A stretch of 64,000 bases of DNA from Octopus vulgaris (taxonomy: Eukaryota). Of the stretch, positions 51,301 through 60,198 are shown one piece after another. The position numbers were made by a program, and so were the translations under genes. The stretch lies in NCBI GenBank assembly GCA_951406725.2, contig OX597815.1, positions 123,070,001 through 123,134,000 of the forward strand, given 5' to 3'. The notes below the pieces were generated by a model. That model ran no database searches. It worked only from the letters and a program-made list of their open reading frames with translations, and was not told the origin of the DNA. Each line of letters begins with the position of its first letter. The first letter of the stretch is position 1.

Positions 51301-54300
51301 TGCTCTCTTATACACATACATGTGCACCTTCGTTTTGGGATCACCACTACTTTATTATCTCCCCTTCTTCCTAGTTCTTCTGTGTGACCCCTCTGTCCAG
51401 CATTTGCCATGAAAGATTGCTAGCCACTACACATTCTTTATTTTCTCTCCTTGTTTCTTTCTGTGGAAGATCATAGGCTTGAAACGTTAAAGACTTTTTC
51501 ACTTCCCAAGTTTTAAACTAATACATCTGTTTGTTGTCTACACCAACTGTCTTTGTCTTCTGTTTTTTTGTGAATTCTCCCCCATAAAATGTATAAAAAA
51601 CAACTTCAGGAACATAATGGTTTATTGATACAGGTTGTAAATTTTTCCTATATCAAAATTCAATAAGCTGAAAAAAATTATGTAATACATGGTTAGCAGC
51701 TGGGGTTGCTGTGTATGCAACTAAAAATCCAACATTAGGGAATGGAGTAGACAAAATCAAGGCTACATAGCAAAACCTAGAAAGCAGTATATATGGCCAT
51801 CCATATATGCATCATCTGTCAAAACTACTCCACAACCCTTCTTCCCAACACACCCCATACCACCACCCACTGCAGGTATCTCCACTCTCCCTAAATGCCA
51901 ATCCGTGTGCTCTCCATGCCCTCACATATCTATCATACCCTATTCTCAGCCACTCCTATTTCACTCAGTATCACTACAGTCATGTCTTCTCTGTCTCTAA
52001 ACACCTCCTCTCAAACTCATGCGCAACATCCCCCTCTATCACCCCTTTACTACTTATACTCCACCTGCTGTTATTCCCAATGGGTAGGTCACAATGCATC
52101 ACCAACAGTATTTCTCTTACTCTGTCTCTCTATCTTTCTCTCTCCCCTTCTTCACCCAACTAGGGTAGCCATATATCTCCTCTATAGTAAGGCAACTATG
52201 TGCCTCTCCCATACTCTAATCTCTCACTTGGCACGCAGCCACTTCCCTCAGTTCCACTCCCTCTTTCAGCTGATTGCAAGTTACTTGGTGACCCTACTGG
52301 GGCTAGTGCCACATAAAAAGCTCCCAGTACTCTCAGTAAAGTGGTAGGCATTAGGAAGGGCATCCAGTAATAGAAACAACAGAAAAAGAAACATAATCAA
52401 AGGCTTCACTGATATTGAAGGTAACAATATTGACTTCACAGTGAAGGAGCATGGCTTAGTGGTTAGAGTATTCAGCTCACAATTGTAAGGTTGTGAGTAT
52501 GATACCTGGTAGCATGTTGTGTCCTTGAAAAAAAAAAACCATATTATTTCATGTTGCTCAAGACCACTCCGCTGGCAAAAATGAGTAGCACCTGTATTTC
52601 AAAGGACGGGCCTTGTCAAATCCTGTGTCAAGCTGAATCTCCCTCAGAACTACATCAAGAGTACATGTCTGTGGAGTGCTCAGTGACTTGTACATTAATT
52701 TCACAAGCAGGTTGTTCTGTTTGATCAGATCAACTGGAACCCTTGTTGCAATCAACAAAGAGCCAGTATTGCTTTTACAGTAGTTCTTAAGAGCATAAGA
52801 ACTTACAGAGTAATACAGACAAACACTTCTCCAATAGACCTGGTTCTATGAAACTATAGAGTGAACCAAGAAGAGAGACAGACTCAAGGTGATGAAGTGA
52901 ATTATTGTTTCCAGCAGTTTTCAACACCTCTGAGATGTTGGAAGTGAGGGAAATGTTACTTTTCTATCGAAAGTGAAGCACCATCAAATGTTTCTGTAGA
53001 CTAGGATAGAAGAAATGTACTTAGTAAGGAGTTTAAATGTGTATATTAGGTTTTTCTTCAAGATTGTTTCTTACAGTCATCTTGACTGGGATTGAATAGG
53101 TAAGAGGATTCTAATTTGGACAGTTAGAGCTCTTACAAGCTGTGCAAAGCTTTGCATTTGTAATCATTTTTGAGATGGTTGAAAATTACTTAACTGGGGA
53201 TGATTGGTGATTTTTTTTTCCAGATAATGTAAGAAGAATTCTTTTTCTGTATTGCAGCACTTGTGTAAGTGATATTTTCTGTAAGCCTGCAGTGTTGAGT
53301 TCAAATTCTGCCATGATGGCTTGGTAATGGACGGGGTTTGTCAATCTCCCTTATGTTAGACATTACATGATGATTATAGATTTATAGGACTGAATTTAAC
53401 TTTCTCTGGTGAGCAATCATAAAATAGGATGCAAAGCAAATTACAGTAAAAAATATGCTGAGAATTATAAGGAAATCTCAATGAATCACAGAAAAATTTT
53501 AATTGTTTTTCTGTACCCAGAAATTTTTTGTCTTAATTGAATTAAAATATAAAATTTAAGAAGGTGATTGTTATTGTGTGACCTTAATGAACACTGATGT
53601 AGTAGCTAATGGAATACAGGTAGTTGGTCAAACAACTGGATGCATTCTAGATAGCCGATATTTTAAATATCATGCTTCTAATTGATTGAAGACCTTACTG
53701 CACATTCCAATATGCAGTTTTTGTTGTGTTTTTATTTTTTTATAGTGTCGGCTATAGCCTAGTCACCCGTATAGTTAACCAGGTGATACACGAAGGAGTC
53801 ATACCCAATGACTGGTGTAGCAGCATAATAGTCAACTGCTACAAAGGTAAAGGTGACGCCCTAGATACAAATAATTACAGGGGTATCAAGCTGTTGGATC
53901 AGGTAATGAAGGTTACGGAAAGGGTCATAGCCCAATTGATTAGGGAGGGAGTCAACTTGGACGAGATGCAGTTTGGTTTCGCGCCAAGGAAAAGCACCAC
54001 TGATGCCATATTTCTGGTGAGACAGCTGCAGGAGAAATACCTAGCCAAAGATAAACCCCTGTACCTGGCTTTCGTTGAGATGGAGAAAGCCTTCAACAGG
54101 GTCCCCCGATCCCTTATCTGGTGGTCAGTGAGGAAACTAGGGATAGATGAATGGCTAGTGAAAGCTGTGCAAGCCATGTACAGGGATGCTGTAAGTAAGG
54201 TAAGGTAAGGGTTGGCAATGTGTACACTGAAGAATTCAAGGTAGAGGTTGGGGTCCACCAGGGTTCAGTCCTCAGCCCCCTCCTATTTATCATAGTCCTC

Positions 54301-57300
54301 CAGGCAATTACGGAGGAATTCAAGACAGGATGCCCCTGGGAGCTCCTCTATGCTGACGACCTTGCTCTAATTGCTGAGTCACTATCAGAACTGGAGAAGA
54401 AGTTTCTGGTGTGGAAGGAAGGATTAGAATCGAAGGGCCTTAGAGTCAACCTAGCTAAAACAAAAGATCTAATAAGTAGGAAGGTAGACAAACCACAAAC
54501 GCCTTCAGTAGAAAACGCGATCTGTAGAAAAACGCGATCTGTAGAAAAGGCATAGGTAGAAACTCTATAAGATGTACCCAGTGTAAGCTATGGACACATA
54601 AGAGATGCAGCAATGTCAAAGGAAGGCTAACTGGGAAGATAGTTTTTGTATGTGACAGATGCTCAGGAGCAATAAACACTGAAAATCTGCTGAAAACAAC
54701 TTCCGTCACTTTCCAGGGGAAAAAAACTAGAAGTAGTAGATAGCTTCCGTTACCTAGGTGATCAAGTCAGTAGTGGGGGTGGGGGTGCTGAAAGTGTAAC
54801 TGCTAGAGTAAGAATAGCCTGGGCAAAGTTCAGGGAGCTCTTACCTCTGCTGGTGACTAAAGGCCTCTTGCTCAGAGTAAAAGGCAGACTGTATGATGCA
54901 TGTATACGAACAGCCATGCTACATGGCAGTGAAACATGGGCCATGACTGCTGAGGACATGCGTAAGCTCATGAGGAATGAAGCCAGTATGCTCCGATGGA
55001 TGTGTAATGTCAGTGTACATACTCGACAGAGTGTAAGTACCTTGAGAGAAAAGTTGGACCTAAGAAGCATCAGCTGTGGTGTGCAAGAGAGACGATTGCG
55101 CTGGTATGGTCATGTGGTGAGAATGGATGAAGATAGGTGTGTGAAAAAGTGCCAATCTCTAGCAGTTGAGGGAACCCATGGAAGAGGTAGACCCAGGAAA
55201 ACTTGGGTCGAGGTGGTGAAGCACGACCTTCGAACTTTAGGCCTCACCGAGGCAATGACTAGTGACCGAGACCTTTGGAAATATGCTGTGTGTGAGAAGA
55301 CCCAGCAGGACAAGTGAGTCCATCCCGTGTCCCTTGCCAGGGATGTAGCCAGCCCACTTATGCATGCCTTTCCTTCCTTGGACACACAAAGACCTGTTGA
55401 GGCAAGTGAAGTCGAAATCGAATTCGAAATTGAACCAATCCTATGACTGACACCCAGCAGTTGCCAGGGCCACTGGACTGACTCCTGTGCAGGTGGCAAG
55501 TAAAGAAACACCATTTTGACCCTGTGCTTGTGGAGATCCATTGAGTCAAGGACACCAACATCAAAAATCAATGGAAACTGCAGTGGTGATCCCCGTGCCG
55601 GTGGCACGTAAAAAGCACCATCCGAACGTGGCCAATGCCAGCGCCGCCTAGACTGGCTTCCGTGCCGGTGGCATGTAAAAAGCACCATCCGAACGTGGCC
55701 GATTGCAGCACTGCCTTCAGTGGCTTCCGTGCCAGTGGCACGTAAAAAGCACCAATCCGATCGTGGCCGTTGCCAGCCTCGCCTGGCACGTAAAAAGCAC
55801 CCACTACACTCACAGAGTGGTTGGCGTTAGGAAGGGCATCCAGCTGTAGAAACACTGCCAGATCAGACTGGAGCCTGGTGCAGCCTTCTGGCTTCCCAGA
55901 TCCCCGGTCAAACCGTCCAACCCATGCTAGCATGGAGAACGGACGTTAAATGATGATGATGATGATCTATAAGTTCCAGTGTACATAGTCAAAGCATACA
56001 CAAGAACCTATACACCAATTGTCCTCTATGAGGCAGCTATGTGGCAATGTACTGATCAATGAAAAAGAAGATAGATGCCTTTGAGAAGTGGATCTTTCAT
56101 GGATTGGGCAAAATAAGCTAGAAAGACAGAGTAACAAACACTGCAGCACAAGAACAGCTATAAGTCCAAACACACCTATTGTTGAGTGCACAAAGCTATT
56201 GTATTTTGGAGATACATGAGTCATTGTCCACAGCCATCTTTACAGGAAGTATGGAGAGGGAAGACAGTAAGAGGCCATCAAAGACATTTGAGGACTAATG
56301 ACATCAAAGACTGGACTGGAAACAAGAGCCTGGCTGGTTGTATGCATGCAGCACAACACAGGAGAATCAGAGAGTTTTGCAAGCAAAACTCTGGGCACAG
56401 GGAGGGCACCTGACTAATGAGATTCTTGTGATGGCTATAACAGAAACAGGCAAAGTAGCTACAGCTAGAGCACACAACACAGGGCTTGAAGCTAAGGAGA
56501 TTATTGATATTGTTATTTTTTGTTTGTCTTCATATTTTGGGACTAAGTAAAAAGGATGGTATTCCTACGATAGTGCGGTGCTAGAAGTCTAAGCGTGACT
56601 AAACATGTCGTGACAAGCACTGAGCTTGTTGCAGCAACAGTTTGTGCTTTTCACATATTTAGGTGGTCTTTCAATTTGAATATTTTTATTGCTGTTTTGA
56701 CTGCCAGTAATAATGCAAAGCATGTTACTTTGTGTTCTTTATATTTTGTTATAGAAAAAAGAGGGTCCCAGACAGGAATGGCATAATCCATAATGGATTT
56801 ACTATAGTGAGTGTAACATTTGGTTCACATTAGGAAGTGCATTTCGCCATATAAACTATGCCAAAGCAGACACTGGAGCTTGGTGTAGTCCTCTAGCTTG
56901 TGGGCTCCTGTCAAACAGTACCAACCCTTGTTGGCATGGAAAACGGACGTTAAACGACGACGACAATGATTAGTGTTTTTGTTACTTTATGTTTGCCAAA
57001 TGTGGTGGCTACCAAAATACCTACTTTTAATGTGTTCATGCATTGCTTGACTATGTCTTCATAGATCTTGCGAATACTGTAGTATTGTTAGTAATTCTTA
57101 TTACCATTTCCTTCTGTATGTGCGTGTAATGTATTTGTAGTTGAACGTGAGTAGTTTATATGTTATGTTGTCTTGAATGAGAGGGCATTTCATAAGATGG
57201 AACTTTTATTTTGTTTAGACCTGGCTTTCTAGGGGCTTGATGTAGGGTCGGAGTTGTAAAACTACGTCGTGGGATGATGAGAAGAAAGTCAAGCGATCTC

Positions 57301-58092
57301 TCAACCTGCCAGAAACAGCAGCTAAATCTCATTTAAATTACTCTTTGTAGTCTGAAAAAAGGAAATATATATATTACACGTAGAAACTATTTCCCCATAT
57401 GTTCTGATCATATTGATTTCATTGAAGTGAGGACGATGCTAATTTTAAAAGCAAGAATGTTTTAGTTTGTGTGTAAATGTGTATTTTAAAGATTCCTGAC
57501 AAATAAAAAGCAGTGTTGGTCTTCATGAAATTTGAACTGACGTTATTAATTAGATTCTAGAATAGATAAAACACGCAACATCTTAGATCTCAATACCCGT
57601 TCATATTAATTACTGAATTAGCAACGGATGTTAAATTTACACGATTAGTCCAAACTATCGTACATGATGAGTTTTCTTGCAGTTATATGAATGATAAAAC
57701 AATTTTAACTCGGACACAAACGGCATGAGCAGGAAATATGGGGAATTGTATAAACCATGTACACGTGAATTTCAGTAGCATTTCATTTTACCGGTGCTTT
57801 GAGGTTATAATGAATTAATGTTATCCGGGTAATTTAATACCTTAGACAAAAAATATTTAAGAAATTAATTGAAAACGAAAGTAGTTTAATTAAAAATTAC
57901 TATCTGCATGTTTCTTCTTACCTCGCTATTGTCATCTTTCTTGGCCTGTAATTTCTCTTGCTTAGCTTTGAATTTCTCAAGTTTAGCCTGCTTTTGGGCT
58001 TCTTTTTTCAGCTGGGCAGCTGTTTTAGGTTTCGATGCTCCGTCCATGGCATCGCCAGATGACGGAGGAGCTTCCACAGAAATATCTGCCAT
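14904..58092 (-). CDS. VARS1: Valine--tRNA ligase (cytoplasmic ValRS, class Ia); whole gene span, 27 coding exons, 1051 aa
   Basis: Spliced translation contains [13 protein letters not shown] (HIGH), [10 protein letters not shown], editing-domain [10 protein letters not shown] and [55 protein letters not shown] and a C-terminal coiled coil. All 26 introns are GT-AG with matching phases; exon lengths sum to 3156 nt. Confidence 0.98.
15533..16121. mobile_element. piggyBac-type MITE interrupted by a nested element
   Basis: TTAA|CCCTTTAG ... CTAAAGGG|TTAA. Confidence 0.85.
15576..15947 (+). mobile_element. Helentron/DINE-1-like non-autonomous element (HINE)
   Basis: 5' hairpin TACCTCCGCCTT-AGAG-AAGGCGGAGGTA, (GTTT)n tract, 3' subterminal GGCAGAAG plus short hairpin, T-rich insertion site. 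Confidence 0.7.
16539..16688 (-). CDS. VARS1: VARS coding exon 26 ([12 protein letters not shown]...[16 protein letters not shown]; coiled coil)
   Basis: cag| ... |GTAAAC, 150 nt. Confidence 0.95.
18256..18428 (-). CDS. VARS1: VARS coding exon 25 (VYLKCSDEE...[21 protein letters not shown])
   Basis: tag| ... |GTAAGT, 173 nt. Confidence 0.94.
19310..19620 (+). mobile_element. Young tRNA-derived SINE (5'-clipped)
   Basis: Box B-like CTCGAATCCC, TGTTGTGTTCTTGAGCAAGGCACTT core, CpGs retained. Confidence 0.8.
19638..19945 (-). mobile_element. RTE LINE 3' end (5'-truncated)
   Basis: Reverse complement of 55560-55966 including (TGA)n tail. Similar pieces at ~31975, 41890-42440, 44150-44540, ~48975 and ~56870. 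Confidence 0.85.
20149..20260 (-). CDS. VARS1: VARS coding exon 24 ([14 protein letters not shown]...[16 protein letters not shown])
   Basis: tag| ... G|GTAAGT, 112 nt. Confidence 0.94.
21360..21566 (-). CDS. VARS1: VARS coding exon 23 (ESIKPILY...[19 protein letters not shown]...)
   Basis: cag| ... |GTAAGT, 207 nt. Confidence 0.96.
22140..22590 (+). mobile_element. Internally deleted RTE-clade element (5' UTR joined to ORF 3' end)
   Basis: CCTTGTCG...GCTTGCATGCCTCAATGATCCTGAGAG 5'-UTR-like start; [15 protein letters not shown]-terminal motif near 22435-22475. Confidence 0.5.
22666..22815 (-). CDS. VARS1: VARS coding exon 22 ([14 protein letters not shown]...[11 protein letters not shown])
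   Basis: Weak gaag| acceptor ... |GTAAGT, 150 nt, phase 0/0. Confidence 0.92.
24144..24271 (-). CDS. VARS1: VARS coding exon 21 ([22 protein letters not shown]...KE)
   Basis: cag| ... |GTAATT, 128 nt. Confidence 0.96.
26181..26259 (-). CDS. VARS1: VARS coding exon 20 ([20 protein letters not shown]...)
   Basis: cag| ... G|GTTAGG, 79 nt. Confidence 0.96.
26946..27014 (-). CDS. VARS1: VARS coding exon 19 ([23 protein letters not shown])
   Basis: cag| ... |GTAATT, 69 nt. Confidence 0.94.
27652..27756 (-). CDS. VARS1: VARS coding exon 18 (KMSKS motif: [25 protein letters not shown])
   Basis: cag| ... |GTAAAC, 105 nt. Confidence 0.97.
28113..28530 (+). mobile_element. Octopus-type SINE, plus orientation
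   Basis: Reverse orientation of the head seen at 14230-14390. Confidence 0.75.
28911..29036 (-). CDS. VARS1: VARS coding exon 17 ([21 protein letters not shown]...PFKE)
   Basis: cag| ... |GTAATT, 126 nt. Confidence 0.96.
29891..29961 (-). CDS. VARS1: VARS coding exon 16 ([24 protein letters not shown])
   Basis: tag| ... |GTGAGT, 71 nt. Confidence 0.96.
30676..30781 (-). CDS. VARS1: VARS coding exon 15 ([16 protein letters not shown]...SLKQ)
   Basis: tag| ... G|GTAAAT, 106 nt. Confidence 0.95.
30915..31420 (+). pseudogene. RTE LINE ORF fragment
   Basis: [11 protein letters not shown]...[20 protein letters not shown], homologous to 54720-55170. Confidence 0.85.
31828..31918 (-). CDS. VARS1: VARS coding exon 14 ([17 protein letters not shown]...)
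   Basis: cag| ... |GTAATT, 91 nt. Confidence 0.96.
33228..33304 (-). CDS. VARS1: VARS coding exon 13 ([25 protein letters not shown])
   Basis: tag| ... AG|GTAATT, 77 nt. Confidence 0.95.
33650..33731 (-). CDS. VARS1: VARS coding exon 12 ([16 protein letters not shown]...AVK)
   Basis: cag| ... |GTAAGT, 82 nt. Confidence 0.95.
34941..35044 (-). CDS. VARS1: VARS coding exon 11 ([11 protein letters not shown]...NPMVVPTC)
   Basis: tag| ... AG|GTAATT, 104 nt. Confidence 0.95.
35206..36747 (-). mobile_element. hAT Buster/Charlie transposon, internal-deletion derivative (1542 bp), in VARS intron 10
   Basis: TIRs CAGTGGTTTCCAACC/CAGTGGTTCCCAAAC, perfect TSD CTCTAGAT; transposase N-terminus (YIKYGF...CVVC...[10 protein letters not shown]...SYEVA...HTIAESL...SNNTV) fused to C-terminus (GFSALL...QIQPSH*). 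Confidence 0.93.
36905..38015 (-). pseudogene. RTE LINE reverse-transcriptase fragment
   Basis: [16 protein letters not shown]...[11 protein letters not shown]; inverted homolog of 53745-54740. Confidence 0.9.
38257..38381 (-). CDS. VARS1: VARS coding exon 10 ([20 protein letters not shown]...GQFS)
   Basis: cag| ... |GTAAGA, 125 nt. Confidence 0.96.
38720..39155 (+). pseudogene. RTE-BovB-like LINE fragment (different family)
   Basis: [43 protein letters not shown] motifs. Confidence 0.75.
39580..39759 (-). CDS. VARS1: VARS coding exon 9 (editing domain, [18 protein letters not shown]...FGT)
   Basis: tag| ... G|GTGAGT, 180 nt. Confidence 0.96.
40649..40757 (-). CDS. VARS1: VARS coding exon 8 ([10 protein letters not shown]...[16 protein letters not shown])
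   Basis: cag| ... G|GTAGGG, 109 nt. Confidence 0.95.
41564..41683 (-). CDS. VARS1: VARS coding exon 7 ([10 protein letters not shown]...[16 protein letters not shown])
   Basis: tag| ... |GTACAT, 120 nt. Confidence 0.96.
43741..43822 (-). CDS. VARS1: VARS coding exon 6 ([27 protein letters not shown])
   Basis: aag| ... |GTAAGC, 82 nt. Confidence 0.96.
44300..44540. repeat. Minisatellite expanded from the RTE 3'-UTR motif
   Basis: ~9-10 degenerate 22-25 bp units of the type GGGTGCTTTTACGTGGCACCAC. Confidence 0.8.
45283..45447 (-). CDS. VARS1: VARS coding exon 5 ([22 protein letters not shown]...WKWKN)
   Basis: cag| ... |GTAAGG, 165 nt. Confidence 0.96.
46722..46846 (-). CDS. VARS1: VARS coding exon 4 (HIGH motif: [15 protein letters not shown])
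   Basis: cag| ... TG|GTTTGT, 125 nt. Confidence 0.96.
47354..47457 (-). CDS. VARS1: VARS coding exon 3 ([23 protein letters not shown]...FKPEYAL)
   Basis: cag| ... |GTAAGT, 104 nt; YSPxYVEAAWY motif. Confidence 0.95.
48859..48934 (-). CDS. VARS1: VARS coding exon 2 ([25 protein letters not shown])
   Basis: tag| ... G|GTAGG, 76 nt; TPxGEKKD motif typical of eukaryotic ValRS. Confidence 0.93.
49851..51083 (-). mobile_element. Old Helitron with nested insertions
   Basis: CTAG terminus plus hairpin CCTGGGGTTGCCAGG at 49851-49877; TA-rich 5'-end-like segment near 51040-51083. Confidence 0.45.
53745..55966 (+). mobile_element. 5'-truncated young RTE-clade LINE, antisense in VARS intron 1
   Basis: RT motifs QFGF...[22 protein letters not shown]; C-terminal [16 protein letters not shown]; 3' UTR with hairpin repeats and (TGA)n tail; frameshifted. 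Confidence 0.95.
57922..58092 (-). CDS. VARS1: VARS coding exon 1 ([10 protein letters not shown]...KKDDNSE)
   Basis: ATG at 58092, Lys-rich helix [25 protein letters not shown], donor GAG|GTAAG, 171 nt, phase 0. Confidence 0.9.
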
Positions 58093-59050
58093 TATTTCTC
58101 TATCAAAATTAAATAAGTAATATCGATTTAACACCGGCTTTCGAATTCACACATTCAACAATACACCGACGTCAACACATGAAACACCACGAAGAGACGT
58201 GATGCACTCAATCAAACATTCCGAAGAAAACTTCAATTCGTAAAAACAATAATTAAAATCATTTATGATTTTCCAGGAATGACCAATAAAATAATAACTA
58301 AATTTGAATATAAAAAATCAATTTAGAAAACTAACAAAAATACTGAAACAGTCTGATCATATCGTTACTTTCAGTTTATAATTAGTTAATATGTTAGAAA
58401 ATAATTAAGTTTAAGAATCTAACAATCTTACAAAAATCATTTTTATATAATCATTAACTAAGTTAAAAATATCTAAAGTTATAATTAGCATTTGATGTGT
58501 GTTGATTTATATGAAAATAAAACTTTTTTCATTCTAAATAATCATAATTTACAGAAAAAAAAAGCTCTTGCTTGTTAATTTGAAATATCAAGTTAATTAA
58601 AATCAATTAAATTAAATACTTACAATGCTAGTTTCTTACTGGGTACAACTAATATAAATCATACATTGAGAGCAGTTTTAATTTATGAAACTATTTTAGA
58701 GTTACACCGCCTTAATACTGAAATTTCTCTCATTAATTGCGTCAGCTCCTCAGGTCGGTTGTTTCAGATAACTTTATCAGAGTATTATCTTAGATTTTGA
58801 TTAGCAACGCAAGTATGGGACAAATCCCGCATACCCCACATTTAAAGTATACATTAAGTAACTAAAAGAAAAAGAAAATTCAAAATAAATACGTAAATTT
58901 TCGAATGGAAAAATCATTAAATGATTAATTATTTAGTTTTATTAATAATAAATGCACCCATGAAATGAAATTACAAGTGCGCAGAATGTTCGCTAAAGGT
59001 AATTACTTCAGTCTCAGGAAATATTACCTGGTCCTATTATTTATATAACA

Positions 59051-59556
59051 CTAGCAGTATCGCCCGGCGTTGCTCGGGTTTGTAAGGGAAATAACTATAT
59101 AAGCATTTTTAGAGAGTTACTTCCCTTATAAATTCGGGCTTTCTTAGCCATTTTTGTTTTGGTGTCTTCAAGCCATGAAGTCGTTGTTCTAAAAGAACGC
59201 TGGTTTCCTTCACAACGCATTACGACGTTGATTTCTTTACACTCCCTTCCCCACAGCTTCACGAGGGAGGGAAGGGGGAGAAGCAAACAGGTGCAGCTGT
59301 GAGCGTGGACGCCAACTCCGCCGCCATCGACACACGATGCATTTTATGCATTAAAATGGAATAAAAAATGATGTTAAATTATTTTTAAAATCGTAGACTC
59401 ATCGTTGACGCGCGCTAATAGTCAGACGGGCTCGATATGAATCACGACTATAAGATACCCGAATTTGGTTAAACTGCACCGCAAAATGTGGGAGGAGTTA
59501 GGAATCTAAATCGAAGGGGACAGACACTCACACAACTAGAGTTTTATATATATAGA
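59051..59556 (-). mobile_element. Non-autonomous Helitron ~1 kb upstream of the VARS ATG
   Basis: Minus strand A|TCTATATATATAAAAC ... hairpin CCCGAGCAACGCCGGG ... CTAG|T; canonical termini and AT target. Confidence 0.88.
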
Positions 59557-59792
59557 TTAGCAGCAGTGGGAGTGGATAAGGAAACCAAGATATCGAAGAT
59601 CCAGCATGACATAGGAAAGCAACGATTATCAAAAGAATTGAAGGAAAGAAGCATATGGAGAAATGAAGAAAAAGTTTAAAAACAAAGAAAAAAAAACACT
59701 TAGAATTTCTTGTGCACGAGAGATAGTGAAGAGCGGCGACGGTGAAATAACCGAATAAAGCATTATAAGTATTGTACTGTAATATACATTAG

Positions 59793-60198
59793 GAATCTTT
59801 TCGGTTTGAACGGCAGTTTTTAACATAATTTCTAGGTAACTAAATAATTTTAAACTTCGTATACTGGTAGAATGTGTTTATAAAACATCTTTTTCTCTTG
59901 GCTTTATTGAGAAAATTCTATAGTTTGTAAGATATTTGTTGTTTTTTTCTGCAATTTCAACCAATTACTGACGTCTATTGAGGTAAAAAAAAAACATTCT
60001 GTGCCGTGTGAATATGTCCCTCGTTTAAGAAACAGATTGGATTTATTTACATCTGTGAAGAAAACAAGATACCCTTCCCCCCACCCCTAACCCTAAAACA
60101 GATTGAAATGCAATAGATCGATACTAGGGTCATAATTATGTGTGACAATTTCATATGGCACCGCTAGAAAAAAACTGCCGTTCAAACCGAAAAGATCC
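59793..60198. mobile_element. MITE with ~29-bp TIRs
   Basis: TIR G(A/G)ATCTTTTCGGTTTGAACGGCAGTTTTT; probable 8-bp TSD TACATTAG/TAAATTAG (7/8). Confidence 0.85.

Noticed and set aside
51109-52347. His/Thr/Pro/Ser-rich ORFs
   Set aside because: Products of CA- and CT-rich low-complexity repeat sequence.
55590-55805. CRISPR-like look of palindromic repeats with spacers (also 8330-8490 and 44300-44540)
   Set aside because: Eukaryotic context with no cas genes; the units are internal parts of retroelements and most of the spacers are related to each other.
58093-58134. In-frame GTG-initiated extension (MLNRYYLFNFDREI) as a possible mitochondrial presequence
   Set aside because: It reads through what looks like a 3' splice site, is short, and is not a convincing amphipathic targeting peptide.
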